This document shows, piece after piece, positions 5,768 to 16,335 of a DNA stretch of 46,905 bases. Below the pieces are notes generated by a model. That model made no database searches. It had not been told where the DNA came from and saw nothing but the letters and a program-made list of their open reading frames with translations. Both the position numbers and the translations under genes were made by a program. The DNA is from a virus (lineage: Duplodnaviria > Caudoviricetes), in IMG/VR virus record IMGVR_UViG_3300017655_000268, positions 1-46,905 of that record. One strand, written 5' to 3'. Numbering within the stretch: position 1 is the stretch's first letter; every line of letters starts with the position of its first letter.

Positions 5768-8758
5768 ATGCAGTACATAGACGCAGACGAACTACTCCAA
5801 GCCACCAATGGCGGACTCGACATCATCAAAGAATTATACCCCGATGCCGCCGAAAGCGAGCACAAAAAGAACCGTAAGTTCAAAATCCGGCAAGAAAAAA
5901 CCGCGTCTGCATCCCTATTCAAGAAAACAGACACCGGCAAAGGTTACGACGTATGGCTCGTCACCGACTTCGGCTCCGACTCCCAGCCACGCAACGGCAT
6001 CCTATGCTATGCCCACGAAAACGGACTGAGCTATGTAGACGCCATCCAGCACCTCGCCCAGCAATACGGCCTCACCGGCCAGGAACCGCAAGACGCCCCA
6101 CGGCCCGACTACAGCGAGCGCCCGGCCACCAGCGAAGAACAAGAAGGGCACAAGTTCTACGAACTGCGCGATAGCTTCACCGATCAGGAAATCGAAACCC
6201 TGTTCGCGCCCAACGTACTGCGGTACGTCGGATGGTTCAGTGGCGAAGAAAAGCGCAAAAAAGCATATACCAAAATCAAAACCGTCACCGCCCGCTACAA
6301 CCTATACCCGGCAGTCAGCCACAGTCTGGTCAAGAACCGAAAGGTGATGACCTTCGCCAGCAACGAACGGTACCCCATCTTCATCTTCACCGAAGATGGC
6401 TTTGCCAAAATCTACCAGCCAAAAAACAAAGACCACCGGTTCAGCTACATCGGCGAGCGCACCAAAGACTACATGCACGGCCTCAAAGCCGCCCAGTCAG
6501 AATACAAGAAACGCGAAGCCGCGGCCGTCGAAGAAGATTCAGAATACAACGACGACGACCCGGAAACCCAGCGTCAAAAACGCAAGGTCGAAAAGCTACC
6601 CGAAATCATTCTCGCATCCGGCGGCTCCGATGCGCTCAACCTCGCATTGCTAGACTATTGGCCCGTATGGCTCAACTCCGAAACGGCCGACTTCACCGAC
6701 AACCATTGGTTCGCCTTGCTCAAAATAGCAGATAAGGTTTACCAACTGCAGGATATCGACGCCACCGGCCGCGCCGAGGCCCACAAAAAAGCCATGACCT
6801 ATCTCGATCTCTACACCATCGAGCTGCCTCAGGTGCTGGCCACATACCGCGACCGCGGAAAGCCCTGCAAAGACGTGCGAGATTACTTCCGGTACTGGAA
6901 AGCCAAAGCCTTCCGCACACTCGTAGAAACCGCCCTACCCTATCGGTTCTGGGACCGCAAGCCCCAATACACCGGCCGCGGTTCCGAGCGCATGCTCACC
7001 GGCTACACCTACGAGTTCAACAACGTCCAGGCCTACAACTTCCTTGCAAAAAACGGCTTCTACCGCCTCGCCACCGAAGCCCGCAAAGTAGGCTACATGT
7101 TCATCAAGATCGAAGGCAATATCGTGCGCGAAACCGAAGGCAACGAGGTGAAAAACTTCGTGCATGAGTTCCTCAAAGAACGCATGCTCGATAACGACCT
7201 GCGAAACGCCATGTACCGCACCACCCAGCTCAGCGAGTCAAGCCTTAGCAACCTGCCATTTATCGACATCGAATTCAACGATACCGATAAACACGAACAA
7301 TACTACATCTTCCAAAACACCACCCTGCAAATCACCAGCGAAGACATCATCCAGCACAAGCCCGGCGCCGTCAACAGGTACGTCTGGCAGCAAGACGTCA
7401 TCGAGCACTTCTACAAACCCACTACCCCAGCGTTTACCATCACCTACAGCGAAGAGCACGACACATACGATATCACCGTCAATCACTACGAAGATCTATT
7501 CTTCAACTACCTCATACAAACCAGTCGCATCCATTGGCGCAAAGAGCTGGAGCAAGAAATCATGAAGCTCAAGCCCGAAGAGCGCGAAGACTACCGTGTT
7601 GAAAATAAATTCAACATCGCCGGTCCATTACTCACCGACGACGAACAAAACGAGCAGAAAAAGCACCTTATCAACAAACTGTTTGCCATGGGCTACCTGC
7701 TCCATCGTTTCAAAGACCCCCGCCGGCCGTGGTGTGTGTTCGCGATGGATAACCACATCAACGACGATGGCGGAAGCCACGGACGTTCCGGCAAATCCAT
7801 TCTCTTCCACAAGGCGCTGCCTTTCGTACTGCGTAGGTATTTTTATCTAGGTGGCCGCAACCCTAAGATTACAGACAATCCGCACATCTACGATGGCCTC
7901 ACCGAGCATCACCGATACATATATATCGACGATGCCGACGAATACATCAACTTCAAGTTCTTTTTCGATGCCATCACGGGCGAATTGAAAGTCAACCCAA
8001 AAAACATGGCACCATACACCATTCCCTACGAAAAAGTAGGCAAGTACGCCATCACATCCAATTTCACACTTCGTAATATCGACCCATCCACTGAAGCCCG
8101 GCTGCTATACACCGTCTTTTCAGACTTCTATCATATCGCTGGCGAAACCACAGACTACCTCGAGAGCCGTTCGCCCGGCGACGATTTCGGTAAGAACTTA
8201 TTCATGGATTTCACCGATGCCGAATGGAACCATTTCTACGTCAACATGATGCAGTCGTTACGCTTCTATCTGAGTGTAGCCAATAAGATAGACCCGCCAA
8301 TGAACAACGTATCGCGCCGCAATCTGCTCGCAGATATGGGGCCAGATTTCGAAGAATGGGCCGCTGGATATTTCAGTCTCATAGGCGATAAAGTAGACCG
8401 GCCAGTCCCGCGCGATGAAGCTCGAGACGACTTCAACTTCCGCTATCGCGGCGGATGGAAAACCCAGCGGTTTAGCCGCGCTCTACGCGCATTCTGCAAG
8501 TACAACAACTACATACTCAACCCCAAAGAACTGATCAACACCAGCGGCGCCACCCCCCGCATCATGATGCGTGTCACCGTCCGCAAGCTCGATAAGAGCA
8601 CCGGCCATTGGCACGACACCCCCGAAAAAGTCAGTAAGGATATGATATATATACAAACCAAGTTTGACGTACCGCCGTCGCTCCAAATCGAAGAGCCCGA
8701 GCAAACAAGCAACGACGGTATGCCGAAAGCTAAAAAATCAGACGATTTACCATTCTAA
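5768..8758 (+). CDS. Primase-helicase (TOPRIM plus P-loop NTPase)
   Basis: TOPRIM-like 'ILASGGSDALNL' and 'LQDIDATG' (DxD), 'KDVRDY'; Walker A 'GRSGKS', Walker B-like 'IYIDD'; acidic DDLPF tail. Confidence 0.85.
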   Translation: MQYIDADELLQATNGGLDIIKELYPDAAESEHKKNRKFKIRQEKTASASLFKKTDTGKGYDVWLVTDFGSDSQPRNGILCYAHENGLSYVDAIQHLAQQYGLTGQEPQDAPRPDYSERPATSEEQEGHKFYELRDSFTDQEIETLFAPNVLRYVGWFSGEEKRKKAYTKIKTVTARYNLYPAVSHSLVKNRKVMTFASNERYPIFIFTEDGFAKIYQPKNKDHRFSYIGERTKDYMHGLKAAQSEYKKREAAAVEEDSEYNDDDPETQRQKRKVEKLPEIILASGGSDALNLALLDYWPVWLNSETADFTDNHWFALLKIADKVYQLQDIDATGRAEAHKKAMTYLDLYTIELPQVLATYRDRGKPCKDVRDYFRYWKAKAFRTLVETALPYRFWDRKPQYTGRGSERMLTGYTYEFNNVQAYNFLAKNGFYRLATEARKVGYMFIKIEGNIVRETEGNEVKNFVHEFLKERMLDNDLRNAMYRTTQLSESSLSNLPFIDIEFNDTDKHEQYYIFQNTTLQITSEDIIQHKPGAVNRYVWQQDVIEHFYKPTTPAFTITYSEEHDTYDITVNHYEDLFFNYLIQTSRIHWRKELEQEIMKLKPEEREDYRVENKFNIAGPLLTDDEQNEQKKHLINKLFAMGYLLHRFKDPRRPWCVFAMDNHINDDGGSHGRSGKSILFHKALPFVLRRYFYLGGRNPKITDNPHIYDGLTEHHRYIYIDDADEYINFKFFFDAITGELKVNPKNMAPYTIPYEKVGKYAITSNFTLRNIDPSTEARLLYTVFSDFYHIAGETTDYLESRSPGDDFGKNLFMDFTDAEWNHFYVNMMQSLRFYLSVANKIDPPMNNVSRRNLLADMGPDFEEWAAGYFSLIGDKVDRPVPRDEARDDFNFRYRGGWKTQRFSRALRAFCKYNNYILNPKELINTSGATPRIMMRVTVRKLDKSTGHWHDTPEKVSKDMIYIQTKFDVPPSLQIEEPEQTSNDGMPKAKKSDDLPF

Positions 8759-8767
8759 AAAACGATT

Positions 8768-9076
8768 ATGGAACCCAACACCACTTACAGACCCCCCTTC
8801 GGCCTCGGCGAACGCTTCGTCGACGGCAAAGAACGCGAGTTCGAAATCATCGAAACCCACTGGGGCATCCCCGGCCAGTCCGAGCCACCATCCGGTATCG
8901 GCTACACCCTAGAACTTACCAACGGCCACCGCATCAACATGTATGGCGCGCCCGACAAATCCGTGCTACAAAAAGTCGGCTTCAAGCAAATCGGCAACCC
9001 CACGGCTGTCACCAACACACACCCGGTCGAAGTGATGCAGCAACTGATTGATGAACGCAAAATAGTGATGCGATGA
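8768..9076 (+). CDS. Hypothetical phage protein
   Basis: In-operon ORF; ATGA overlap with the next gene. Confidence 0.65.
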   Translation: MEPNTTYRPPFGLGERFVDGKEREFEIIETHWGIPGQSEPPSGIGYTLELTNGHRINMYGAPDKSVLQKVGFKQIGNPTAVTNTHPVEVMQQLIDERKIVMR

Positions 9077-11676
9077 ATACTAACGAAAGGCTACAGCGAT
9101 ACAACGAATTCCTGAAATCCAAAATAAGGCTCGCACAACCCGACGGGTTCGACTGTGAAATCTCCGAAGTTAATCCTGCGCTCAAACCCCACAATAAGCT
9201 CATGGTAAAATGGATGGTAGAAGGTGGCCGCCGTGCCTGTTTTGCCTCATTCGGCCTGCACAAAACCGTCACACAGTTAGAAACCGTCCGCATCGTACTC
9301 ACCAAAACCGGTGGCCGTGGGTTGATCATCGCGCCGTTGGGCGTCCGTCAGGAATTCAGTAATGATGCAGTCAGAATACTCGGATGGCCATCCGGCCCCA
9401 AATTTATTCGGAACATAAACGAAGCGGCCGAAACAGGCGTTTACATCACCAATTACGAAACGGTGCGCGACGGAAAACTGGACCCACGCCTTTTCAACGT
9501 AGCCAGTCTAGACGAAGCATCGATACTCAGGGGATTGGGAGGTTCCAAAACCTTCCGTGAATTCATGCGGCTATTCACCGGCGATGCAGGCGTCCATGGC
9601 AATCGCCGCGGTACCGAAACCGTACCCTACCGGTTCGTCGCCACGGCCACGCCATCACCCAATGACTACATCGAACTGCTGGCATATGCAGACTTTCTCG
9701 GCATTATGGATGTCTCGCAAGCAAAGACGCGCTTTTTCAAACGGGATAGTACCAAAGCCGATAAGCTTACGATATATCCGCACAAGACAGAAGAATTCTG
9801 GCTATGGGTAGCATCTTGGGCGTTATTCGTTTCGGTCCCGTCAGACCTTACCGGCAACCCGGCAGACGATTCCGGGTACGTATTGCCGCCCATGGAAGTT
9901 CGTTGGCATGAAATACCGACAGACCACAACGATGCCGGTGTTGAACGAAATGGCCAATACAAAGCCTTCGCAGAGGCCGCTATCGGGCTGGATGGTTCTG
10001 CTAAAGAAAAACGGAAGAGCCTCAAACGGCGGGTAGACAAAATGCTTTCCATACATCAGGAATCACCGGAAAGCCACGTCATCCTATGGCATGACTTGGA
10101 AGACGAACGTCGTCACATCCAAAAAACCTTTCCGAAAAGCAAAGCTGTTTTCGGCACGCAAAAACTGGAATTACGCGAAGAGATCGTTTCAGAATTCTCC
10201 GACGGCTCACTTGCCCAGATCGCGGCTAAACCTTCCATGTTAGGGTCCGGCACCAATTTACAGAAGCATTGCAACTGGGCCATCTATTCCGGCATAGGTT
10301 TCAAATTCAACGACTTCATTCAATCCATCCACCGCATCGTTCGATTCGGCCAGAAAAACCCCACACGAATCGATTTGATCTATACCGAAGCCGAACGTCA
10401 GATTCGCAAACAGCTTGAACACAAATGGCAGCAACATGATAAAATGGTAAACAAAATGATAGAAATTGTAAGAAAGTACGGATTGTCACAAGCGTCCATG
10501 GCAAGCCTGTTGGCTAGAAAAATGGGCGTAGAACGAGTTGAAATTAAAGGCCAGAACTTTTCGTTTGTCAACAACGACAACGTGTTGGAACTACCGAGAA
10601 TCGAAAGCAACAGCGTAGGACTGATACTTACGTCTATTCCATTCGCCACGCAGTATGAGTACTCGCCTAATTACGCGGATTATGGCCATTCGGAAAACAC
10701 GGTGGAATTTTTCCAGCAAATGGATTTCTCCACGCCGGAAGCCCTACGCGTTCTCATGCCCGGCCGTATATGTGCCGTCCATGTAAAAGATCGCATCGTG
10801 CCGGGCGGAATCAACGGGCTAGGTTACCAAACAGCCTATCCCTTCCATTGCGACGTTATCAACCACTTCATCAAACACGGCTTCGGATATCTCGGTATGA
10901 AAACAATAGTCACCGACGTGGTAAGGGAAAACAGTCAAACGTATCGTCTCGGATGGTCAGAGCAATGCAAAGACGGCAGTAAAATGGGTGTCGGCATGCC
11001 CGAGTACCTTTTACTGTTTCGGAAAACACCAACCGATACGTCCAATGCATATGCCGATGTTCCCGTGCTCAAAGAAAAACGGATGTACGATAAATCTTCA
11101 AAAAATTGGAGCAAAGGATATAGCCGTGCCCGTTGGCAAATGGATGCACATGGGTTCACCCGGTCATCGGGCGACCGTTTGCTAAACCCCGAAGAAGTAG
11201 CCAAGCTGGAGCCCGATGCAATTTTCAAGCTATTCAAAACCCATTCGCTTGAAGATGTCTGGGATTTCGAACAAATCGTATCCATTGCCGAAACGCTGGA
11301 AGCGCAGGGCAAGTTGCCGCCGGGCTTCATGATCCTTCAGCCGCAAAGCTGGTCAGATGAAGTATGGACCGACATCACGCGGATGCGCACGCTCAACGGC
11401 TCCCAGTGGAGTCTGGGTAAAGAAATGCACGTATGCCCGTTCCAGATTGATATTGTGGAGCGCGTCATCGAGCAAATGAGTAACCCCGGCGATGTTGTGT
11501 TAGACTATTTTGCCGGCATCGGTACCGTGCCAATGATCGCAGTAGAGAAAGGCCGCTACGGAAAAGGCATCGAGCTCAATCCAACGTACTTCTTAGACGG
11601 CTCAAATTATTGCAAAGCCACCGAGCTTAAGCAATCCGTACCTACGTTGTTTGACTTAATTGAGGAGGCTGTATGA
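9073..11676 (+). CDS. SNF2-like helicase fused to an N4/N6 amino-DNA methyltransferase
   Basis: Degenerate Walker A 'SFGLHKT', 'LDEAS', 'TATP', 'QSIHRIVRFGQ'; MTase 'TSIPF' (SPPF-type), 'HVCPF', 'DYFAGIGT'. Confidence 0.88.
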   Translation: MNTNERLQRYNEFLKSKIRLAQPDGFDCEISEVNPALKPHNKLMVKWMVEGGRRACFASFGLHKTVTQLETVRIVLTKTGGRGLIIAPLGVRQEFSNDAVRILGWPSGPKFIRNINEAAETGVYITNYETVRDGKLDPRLFNVASLDEASILRGLGGSKTFREFMRLFTGDAGVHGNRRGTETVPYRFVATATPSPNDYIELLAYADFLGIMDVSQAKTRFFKRDSTKADKLTIYPHKTEEFWLWVASWALFVSVPSDLTGNPADDSGYVLPPMEVRWHEIPTDHNDAGVERNGQYKAFAEAAIGLDGSAKEKRKSLKRRVDKMLSIHQESPESHVILWHDLEDERRHIQKTFPKSKAVFGTQKLELREEIVSEFSDGSLAQIAAKPSMLGSGTNLQKHCNWAIYSGIGFKFNDFIQSIHRIVRFGQKNPTRIDLIYTEAERQIRKQLEHKWQQHDKMVNKMIEIVRKYGLSQASMASLLARKMGVERVEIKGQNFSFVNNDNVLELPRIESNSVGLILTSIPFATQYEYSPNYADYGHSENTVEFFQQMDFSTPEALRVLMPGRICAVHVKDRIVPGGINGLGYQTAYPFHCDVINHFIKHGFGYLGMKTIVTDVVRENSQTYRLGWSEQCKDGSKMGVGMPEYLLLFRKTPTDTSNAYADVPVLKEKRMYDKSSKNWSKGYSRARWQMDAHGFTRSSGDRLLNPEEVAKLEPDAIFKLFKTHSLEDVWDFEQIVSIAETLEAQGKLPPGFMILQPQSWSDEVWTDITRMRTLNGSQWSLGKEMHVCPFQIDIVERVIEQMSNPGDVVLDYFAGIGTVPMIAVEKGRYGKGIELNPTYFLDGSNYCKATELKQSVPTLFDLIEEAV

Positions 11677-13166
11677 GAATTAACACAAAACAGTACAGCT
11701 TGAATTTTGTAGAAAGCTCGACTACTGAAGACCCTTCAATAATTACGTTTGGTGAATTCTTCGCTGGTGGTGGCGGCTGGACGTCTGGTGTCGAAGACTT
11801 ACCAGGCGTAAAAACGAAGTGGATACTCAACCATGATAAGGTTGCAATAAAAACAAATGCCCACTGGCACAAAGGGGTAAAAGTTTATTGGGCGGATGTA
11901 TGTACGCAGGATGAACACGAAATGGATTACGTAGACTGGGTACATGCTTCCGTCGACTGTAAATATCATAGTCGGGCCAATGCCGGCAAAGAAAAGAAAG
12001 TAGGATCTTATACTTTAGGTTGGGAATTGTACCGTTACCTAAAGTTCCTTAAGCCAATTGTTATCAGTATTGAAAATGTACCCGAATTCAAAAAGTGGGC
12101 GCCGCTCGACGCGAAAAACAAACCTATTAAATCCAGACAAGGCGAAGAGTTCGAACGCTGGAAAAAAGCGATAATGGATCTTGGTTACGAATACAAAGAG
12201 TCTATACGAAATGCCGCCGACGACGGTCTACCCACACGACGTGTACGCTACTTTGCTTTTTTTCATCGCCCGGGCGTGAACGTTTCTTTCCCCAATTTCA
12301 CCCACTCCAAGTGCGGCACAAACGGCAAGCAAAAATGGAAGTCATGTCGACCGCACATCGACACTTCCAACGAGGGGAACAGCATATTCGGAAGGCAGTT
12401 TAACACAGGTCTTCGTAAAGGCCAACGTAAACCATTATGCTACAAATCGCTCCGCAGGATCGCTGGCGGCATCAAAAGACTGTACCCACAACTCCATCAG
12501 TTTTTAGCACACTATTACGGCGGGGAAAACGCAAATAGGTTTCAGAGCCTAGACACACCAATCAACACCATTCCATGTGAGAACAGGCATCAGTTGATTA
12601 CTGTAGAAAAGTTAAAGTTCATCATGGATCATATCCGGACGGACAATTACCATGAGCTTGACGAACCCATGAAACCTCAGTTATGTTGGCAGACCAAACA
12701 AATGACCACGGTTAACAATATACTTTGCCAATACTATGGCACCATTCAATCGCAAACATTGGATGCCCCAATCAACACAATACCTGCCCGAGATGTACAT
12801 CAATTACTTACTATCCGGTTCGAAAAAATCCAATTTATTGCAACGTTTTTTAACTCAAATGGAAACCCAGGATTAAACACCCATTCCCTCGATGATCCAT
12901 TACCGCCGGTGATGACGGATTTTAAGCATCAACTTGTCACACTATTGGATGACTTCGATATCAAAGCCCGCTTTCTGAATCCCGAAGAATTAGGCGCATG
13001 CAGCACATTCAAGAGAGGGTATTTCACCAGTCCAAATCTTAAGTTGTCGGCCAAGAATGCCGTTCGGCTTATCGGTAATGCTGTTCCGCCAAAATGGGCC
13101 GAAAAACTTGTATCACCTAATGTATCCGCGGTATTGAAGTACAAACAAAATATCAAGGCAGCATGA
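11673..13166 (+). CDS. DNA (cytosine-5) methyltransferase
   Basis: Motif I 'EFFAGGGG', IV 'ASVDC', VI 'ENV', VIII 'TRRVRYF', X 'IGNAVPP'. Confidence 0.9.
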   Translation: MRINTKQYSLNFVESSTTEDPSIITFGEFFAGGGGWTSGVEDLPGVKTKWILNHDKVAIKTNAHWHKGVKVYWADVCTQDEHEMDYVDWVHASVDCKYHSRANAGKEKKVGSYTLGWELYRYLKFLKPIVISIENVPEFKKWAPLDAKNKPIKSRQGEEFERWKKAIMDLGYEYKESIRNAADDGLPTRRVRYFAFFHRPGVNVSFPNFTHSKCGTNGKQKWKSCRPHIDTSNEGNSIFGRQFNTGLRKGQRKPLCYKSLRRIAGGIKRLYPQLHQFLAHYYGGENANRFQSLDTPINTIPCENRHQLITVEKLKFIMDHIRTDNYHELDEPMKPQLCWQTKQMTTVNNILCQYYGTIQSQTLDAPINTIPARDVHQLLTIRFEKIQFIATFFNSNGNPGLNTHSLDDPLPPVMTDFKHQLVTLLDDFDIKARFLNPEELGACSTFKRGYFTSPNLKLSAKNAVRLIGNAVPPKWAEKLVSPNVSAVLKYKQNIKAA

Positions 13167-14134
13167 AAGGATACGACAAATACATAGTAGCATTTTCAGG
13201 CGGCAAGGATTCGATATCCTGCTTCCTTCATTTGCTTGATATCGGAATCCCGAAAGATAAAATTGAATTGTGGCACCATGACATCGACGGTCGGGAAGAG
13301 ACTTTCATGGATTGGGAGGTCACACCAGACTACTGCAGGAAGTTTGCTGCTGCGTTTGGCGTCCCGTTGTATTTCTCGTGGAAAAAAGGAGGTTTTAAGC
13401 GGGAAATGCTTCGGGAAAACGCCTACACACAACCAAACTATTTTGAGCTACCAGACGGTAGTATTGGCGTCTCAAAACGAGGCACAAGGGCAACTAAAGC
13501 TACCAGACAAAAATTCCCGCAGATATCGGTAGACCTATCCGTCAGATGGTGTTCGTCGTACCTAAAGATTGATGTCATGACGACCGCCATCCGTAATCAG
13601 GGCAGATTTTTACAAAGGAAGGTTCTGGTCATATCCGGTGAACGCGGTGAGGAAAGTAAGGCAAGGGCGGCATACGAAATACATGAGCCTGACCGTGCAG
13701 ATTTAAGGGAGGGCAAAAAGAATTGGCGAATAGTTGACCGCTGGCGTCCTATACGCGACTGGAAAGAAGGAAGGGTCTGGGATATCATCGAGCGGTACCG
13801 CGTCCGCGTCCACCCCTGCTATTACCTTGGATGGAGCCGCTGCAGCTGCAAGTTCTGCATCTTCGGTAATGCCGACCAGTTCGCCAGCGCATACACCATC
13901 AGTCCGAACCAGGGCGATGAGATTATGATGTATGAGGATTCTTTCGGCGTCACCATCAAACGGAACATGACGCTCAGGGACCTTATTGCCCTGGGCAGGC
14001 CATACAATGACATTACCCCGGAACTGGCGAGGATGGCCACTTCCCAAGTATACGACCAACAAATCATTTTCAACGATAACGAAGAATGGATTCTTCCAGC
14101 TGGCGCCTACGGCGAAAGCTGCGGACCAATGTAA
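13163..14134 (+). CDS. PAPS-reductase family (PP-loop, Fe-S) protein
   Basis: 'VAFSGGKDS', 'RWCSSYLK', 'GERGEES..RA', 'HPCY..GWSRCSCKFC'. Confidence 0.88.
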   Translation: MKGYDKYIVAFSGGKDSISCFLHLLDIGIPKDKIELWHHDIDGREETFMDWEVTPDYCRKFAAAFGVPLYFSWKKGGFKREMLRENAYTQPNYFELPDGSIGVSKRGTRATKATRQKFPQISVDLSVRWCSSYLKIDVMTTAIRNQGRFLQRKVLVISGERGEESKARAAYEIHEPDRADLREGKKNWRIVDRWRPIRDWKEGRVWDIIERYRVRVHPCYYLGWSRCSCKFCIFGNADQFASAYTISPNQGDEIMMYEDSFGVTIKRNMTLRDLIALGRPYNDITPELARMATSQVYDQQIIFNDNEEWILPAGAYGESCGPM

Positions 14135-14140
14135 TCAACT

Positions 14141-14359
14141 ATGAAACTCACCCTACACTTCACCGACGAAGAAATCTTAAAATCCCTTGCATCTCACGGC
14201 TACGAGGTAAAGCGGCTGTACCGCGAAGAGCCCGAGCACATCCACGGCAGCGCGTTCATTACGCGCACCTGGTACGACTACGTCGCTACCAAAGACGGGC
14301 ACACCGAACAATACGAACGAGCATTCGAAAAATTAATCAAACAAAAACTATTATCATGA
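14141..14359 (+). CDS. Hypothetical phage protein
   Basis: 72 aa, core codon usage, ATGA coupling to the next gene. Confidence 0.65.
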   Translation: MKLTLHFTDEEILKSLASHGYEVKRLYREEPEHIHGSAFITRTWYDYVATKDGHTEQYERAFEKLIKQKLLS

Positions 14360-14556
14360 GCAACAATTCATCATCTAGCAGTACAGGTATCGGATTTACC
14401 GGTTTGCTAACAATTGTATTTATCGTTCTTAAACTCATCGGCACCATAAACTGGACATGGTGGTGGGTATTGTCTCCGTTATGGATCAGCGCGGGCATCA
14501 CAATCGTAATCTTAGCCGCAATGTTCATCGTAGCATTAATCAGAAAAGATATTTAG
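14356..14556 (+). CDS. Small two-TM phage membrane protein
   Basis: 'GIGFTGLLTIVFIVLKLIGTINWTWWWVLSPLWI', a widespread phage membrane-protein pattern. Confidence 0.75.
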   Translation: MSNNSSSSSTGIGFTGLLTIVFIVLKLIGTINWTWWWVLSPLWISAGITIVILAAMFIVALIRKDI

Positions 14557-14569
14557 GAGGAACCAAAAA

Positions 14570-15055
14570 ATGACACTCACAAAACAACAAACAGAAACCA
14601 TTGAGAAGGCTTCGGCCAATTACGCTAGCGTTTACTATACCGCCGGAAGCACCGAAGAATCCGTGGCAATTAAAGCCCACGACTACGGCATGCGCCGTGT
14701 AATGATGTCGCCAGAAAAGCACGGCCTTATGCCAGCGCCACCAGAAGATTATCCGCCACATCCCCATAGCCTGAACGTTTACAACATCCTTTTCGGCGGC
14801 GAGAACTATTGGATTTGCGCCCGCACCGAAATCGAAGCGATACAGACCATGATCACCGAACTCAGCGTCAACATTTTCGACTTCGGCACCGACGACAACA
14901 TCGAACTCATTCACCCGGACAAATGGAGTTCACTGGATATCGTCGACCCCGAAACAGACCTCGAAGTTCACGAAAAGCTTCAGGTCGTCGAAACAGTAGC
15001 CGAATTCATGGCCGGTGCCGAAAAACCAAGTTTCATCGCATCAACAGATTACTGA
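14570..15055 (+). CDS. Hypothetical acidic phage protein
   Basis: 161-aa in-operon ORF. Confidence 0.65.
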   Translation: MTLTKQQTETIEKASANYASVYYTAGSTEESVAIKAHDYGMRRVMMSPEKHGLMPAPPEDYPPHPHSLNVYNILFGGENYWICARTEIEAIQTMITELSVNIFDFGTDDNIELIHPDKWSSLDIVDPETDLEVHEKLQVVETVAEFMAGAEKPSFIASTDY

Positions 15056-15057
15056 CC

Positions 15058-15480
15058 ATGAAATGTATAACTGTCAAACAACCATGGGCTTCCCTCATTG
15101 TGGAGGGCTACAAGTCTATCGAAAACCGCATGTGGGCAACGAAATTCCGTGGGCCAACCTTAATCCACACCAGCGCTAAATACGCGCATCCGCATCCATG
15201 GGAGCTACTTACGGATGAGCAGTTCGCAACACTGCCAGGTAGTGTGCAAACCGATATGCTGTTGCGGGATTATCCTGTATCAGCCATCATAGGCCAAGTC
15301 GAAATAGTTGATTGTGTTATAAATCACCCAAGTATATGGGCGGAGATAACAGAAATTCCCGCAGGTGTGTATATGGGAGAAAAACCAATCTACAATTGGG
15401 TGCTTGACAACCCCGTCAAATTCGATAAACCGATACAAAACGTAAAAGGTAAGTTGTCATTTTGGGAGTTTGAATTATGA
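15058..15480 (+). CDS. ASCH-domain protein
   Basis: 'ITVKQPWASLIVEGYKSIENRMW..KFRG', 'AIIGQVEIVDC', 'VKGKLSFW'. Confidence 0.88.
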   Translation: MKCITVKQPWASLIVEGYKSIENRMWATKFRGPTLIHTSAKYAHPHPWELLTDEQFATLPGSVQTDMLLRDYPVSAIIGQVEIVDCVINHPSIWAEITEIPAGVYMGEKPIYNWVLDNPVKFDKPIQNVKGKLSFWEFEL

Positions 15481-15662
15481 CCACATATATCTATCACGGC
15501 GACAAGCTGACCGACCCCGCGCTAAAGAAAGCCATATGCCATCCAGTTCGCAGGTATGACGGCAAGTGCGTACGCGGCAAGAACGGATCCATGCTGGTCC
15601 ATTTCGCCGGTCATGGTGACGTGGTGGTTATAGGGAGGTTATTGAGGAAAGTGAAGTCATGA
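15477..15662 (+). CDS. Small hypothetical protein
   Basis: ATGA-coupled on both sides. Confidence 0.6.
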   Translation: MTTYIYHGDKLTDPALKKAICHPVRRYDGKCVRGKNGSMLVHFAGHGDVVVIGRLLRKVKS

Positions 15663-15769
15663 TTACGACACCCGAACTCGAACAAGCAGTAGTCAGGCTA
15701 CTTAACCCACGCCTGAACGCCATAGTCCCGAACGTAAGCTGGGGCTTGGGTCTAAGCGCTTACCGTTGA
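15659..15769 (+). pseudogene. Truncated 5' fragment of a phage gene (possible PD-(D/E)xK nuclease-like family)
   Basis: MITTPELEQAVVRLLNPRLNAIVPNVSWGLGLSAYR*; ends right after an 'IVPNVSWG' motif at the edge of an oppositely oriented cassette. Confidence 0.45.
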
Positions 15770-15776
15770 ATGAGGT

Positions 15777-16022
15777 TTAAAGCCCCCACCGTTCCCTCTC
15801 GATATCAAACGCAGCGAACAGCACTGCCATGAAATCGGCGGGCCACTTCAGTGTATAATTCCCGCTTAGCTGCCAACTGCCTTGATGGAAGAAAGTATGG
15901 TAACTGCCGTTTTTGTCCCGTATATAGATATGCGGACTCCCGCCTAGATTGGTCATTGCGTAATCAATGGTTATCCGTCTGCCGAAGTAATCGAAATCCA
16001 TCGTGCCTGTGTGTCGCTCCAT
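15777..16022 (-). CDS. Hypothetical moron protein (start MERHTG)
   Basis: Minus-strand TAACTTTG -7 box at 16028-16035 just upstream of the start. Confidence 0.6.
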   Translation of the reverse strand: MERHTGTMDFDYFGRRITIDYAMTNLGGSPHIYIRDKNGSYHTFFHQGSWQLSGNYTLKWPADFMAVLFAAFDIERERWGL

Positions 16023-16036
16023 GCTAACAAAGTTAG

Positions 16037-16285
16037 CTAATCGTCCAGCACAAATCCAAACAATTGTTCTTCCGGAATTGTAAGTGCTTCGCTGATAACA
16101 AGGAAATGAGGGTTGTCGCCGAGCTGGCCGTGCAGGTCTCCCCACATGAGGTATTCATTTACATTGTCAACTTTTATCGGTGTGTACGTCGGGGATTCGT
16201 CACCCCAATGCGATGTTGATTTGAGACAGTTGTAGCCCTTTCCCTCTAATTCGCGTAGTAATTCGTGTGTAAGCTTTGAAAACAT
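16037..16285 (-). CDS. Hypothetical moron protein
   Basis: Protein-like 82-aa ORF (MFSKL...); minus-strand TATGTTTG box upstream; divergent from SRAP. Confidence 0.6.
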   Translation of the reverse strand: MFSKLTHELLRELEGKGYNCLKSTSHWGDESPTYTPIKVDNVNEYLMWGDLHGQLGDNPHFLVISEALTIPEEQLFGFVLDD

Positions 16286-16335
16286 ATATCCCAAACATAG
16301 TACCCGTTACTTTGTTTTTCCCTAAATTCGTATTT

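Noticed and set aside
14356-14390. Ser run (MSNNSSSSST) as another glycosylation tag
   Set aside because: It is N-terminal on an early membrane protein and lacks the SGV ending
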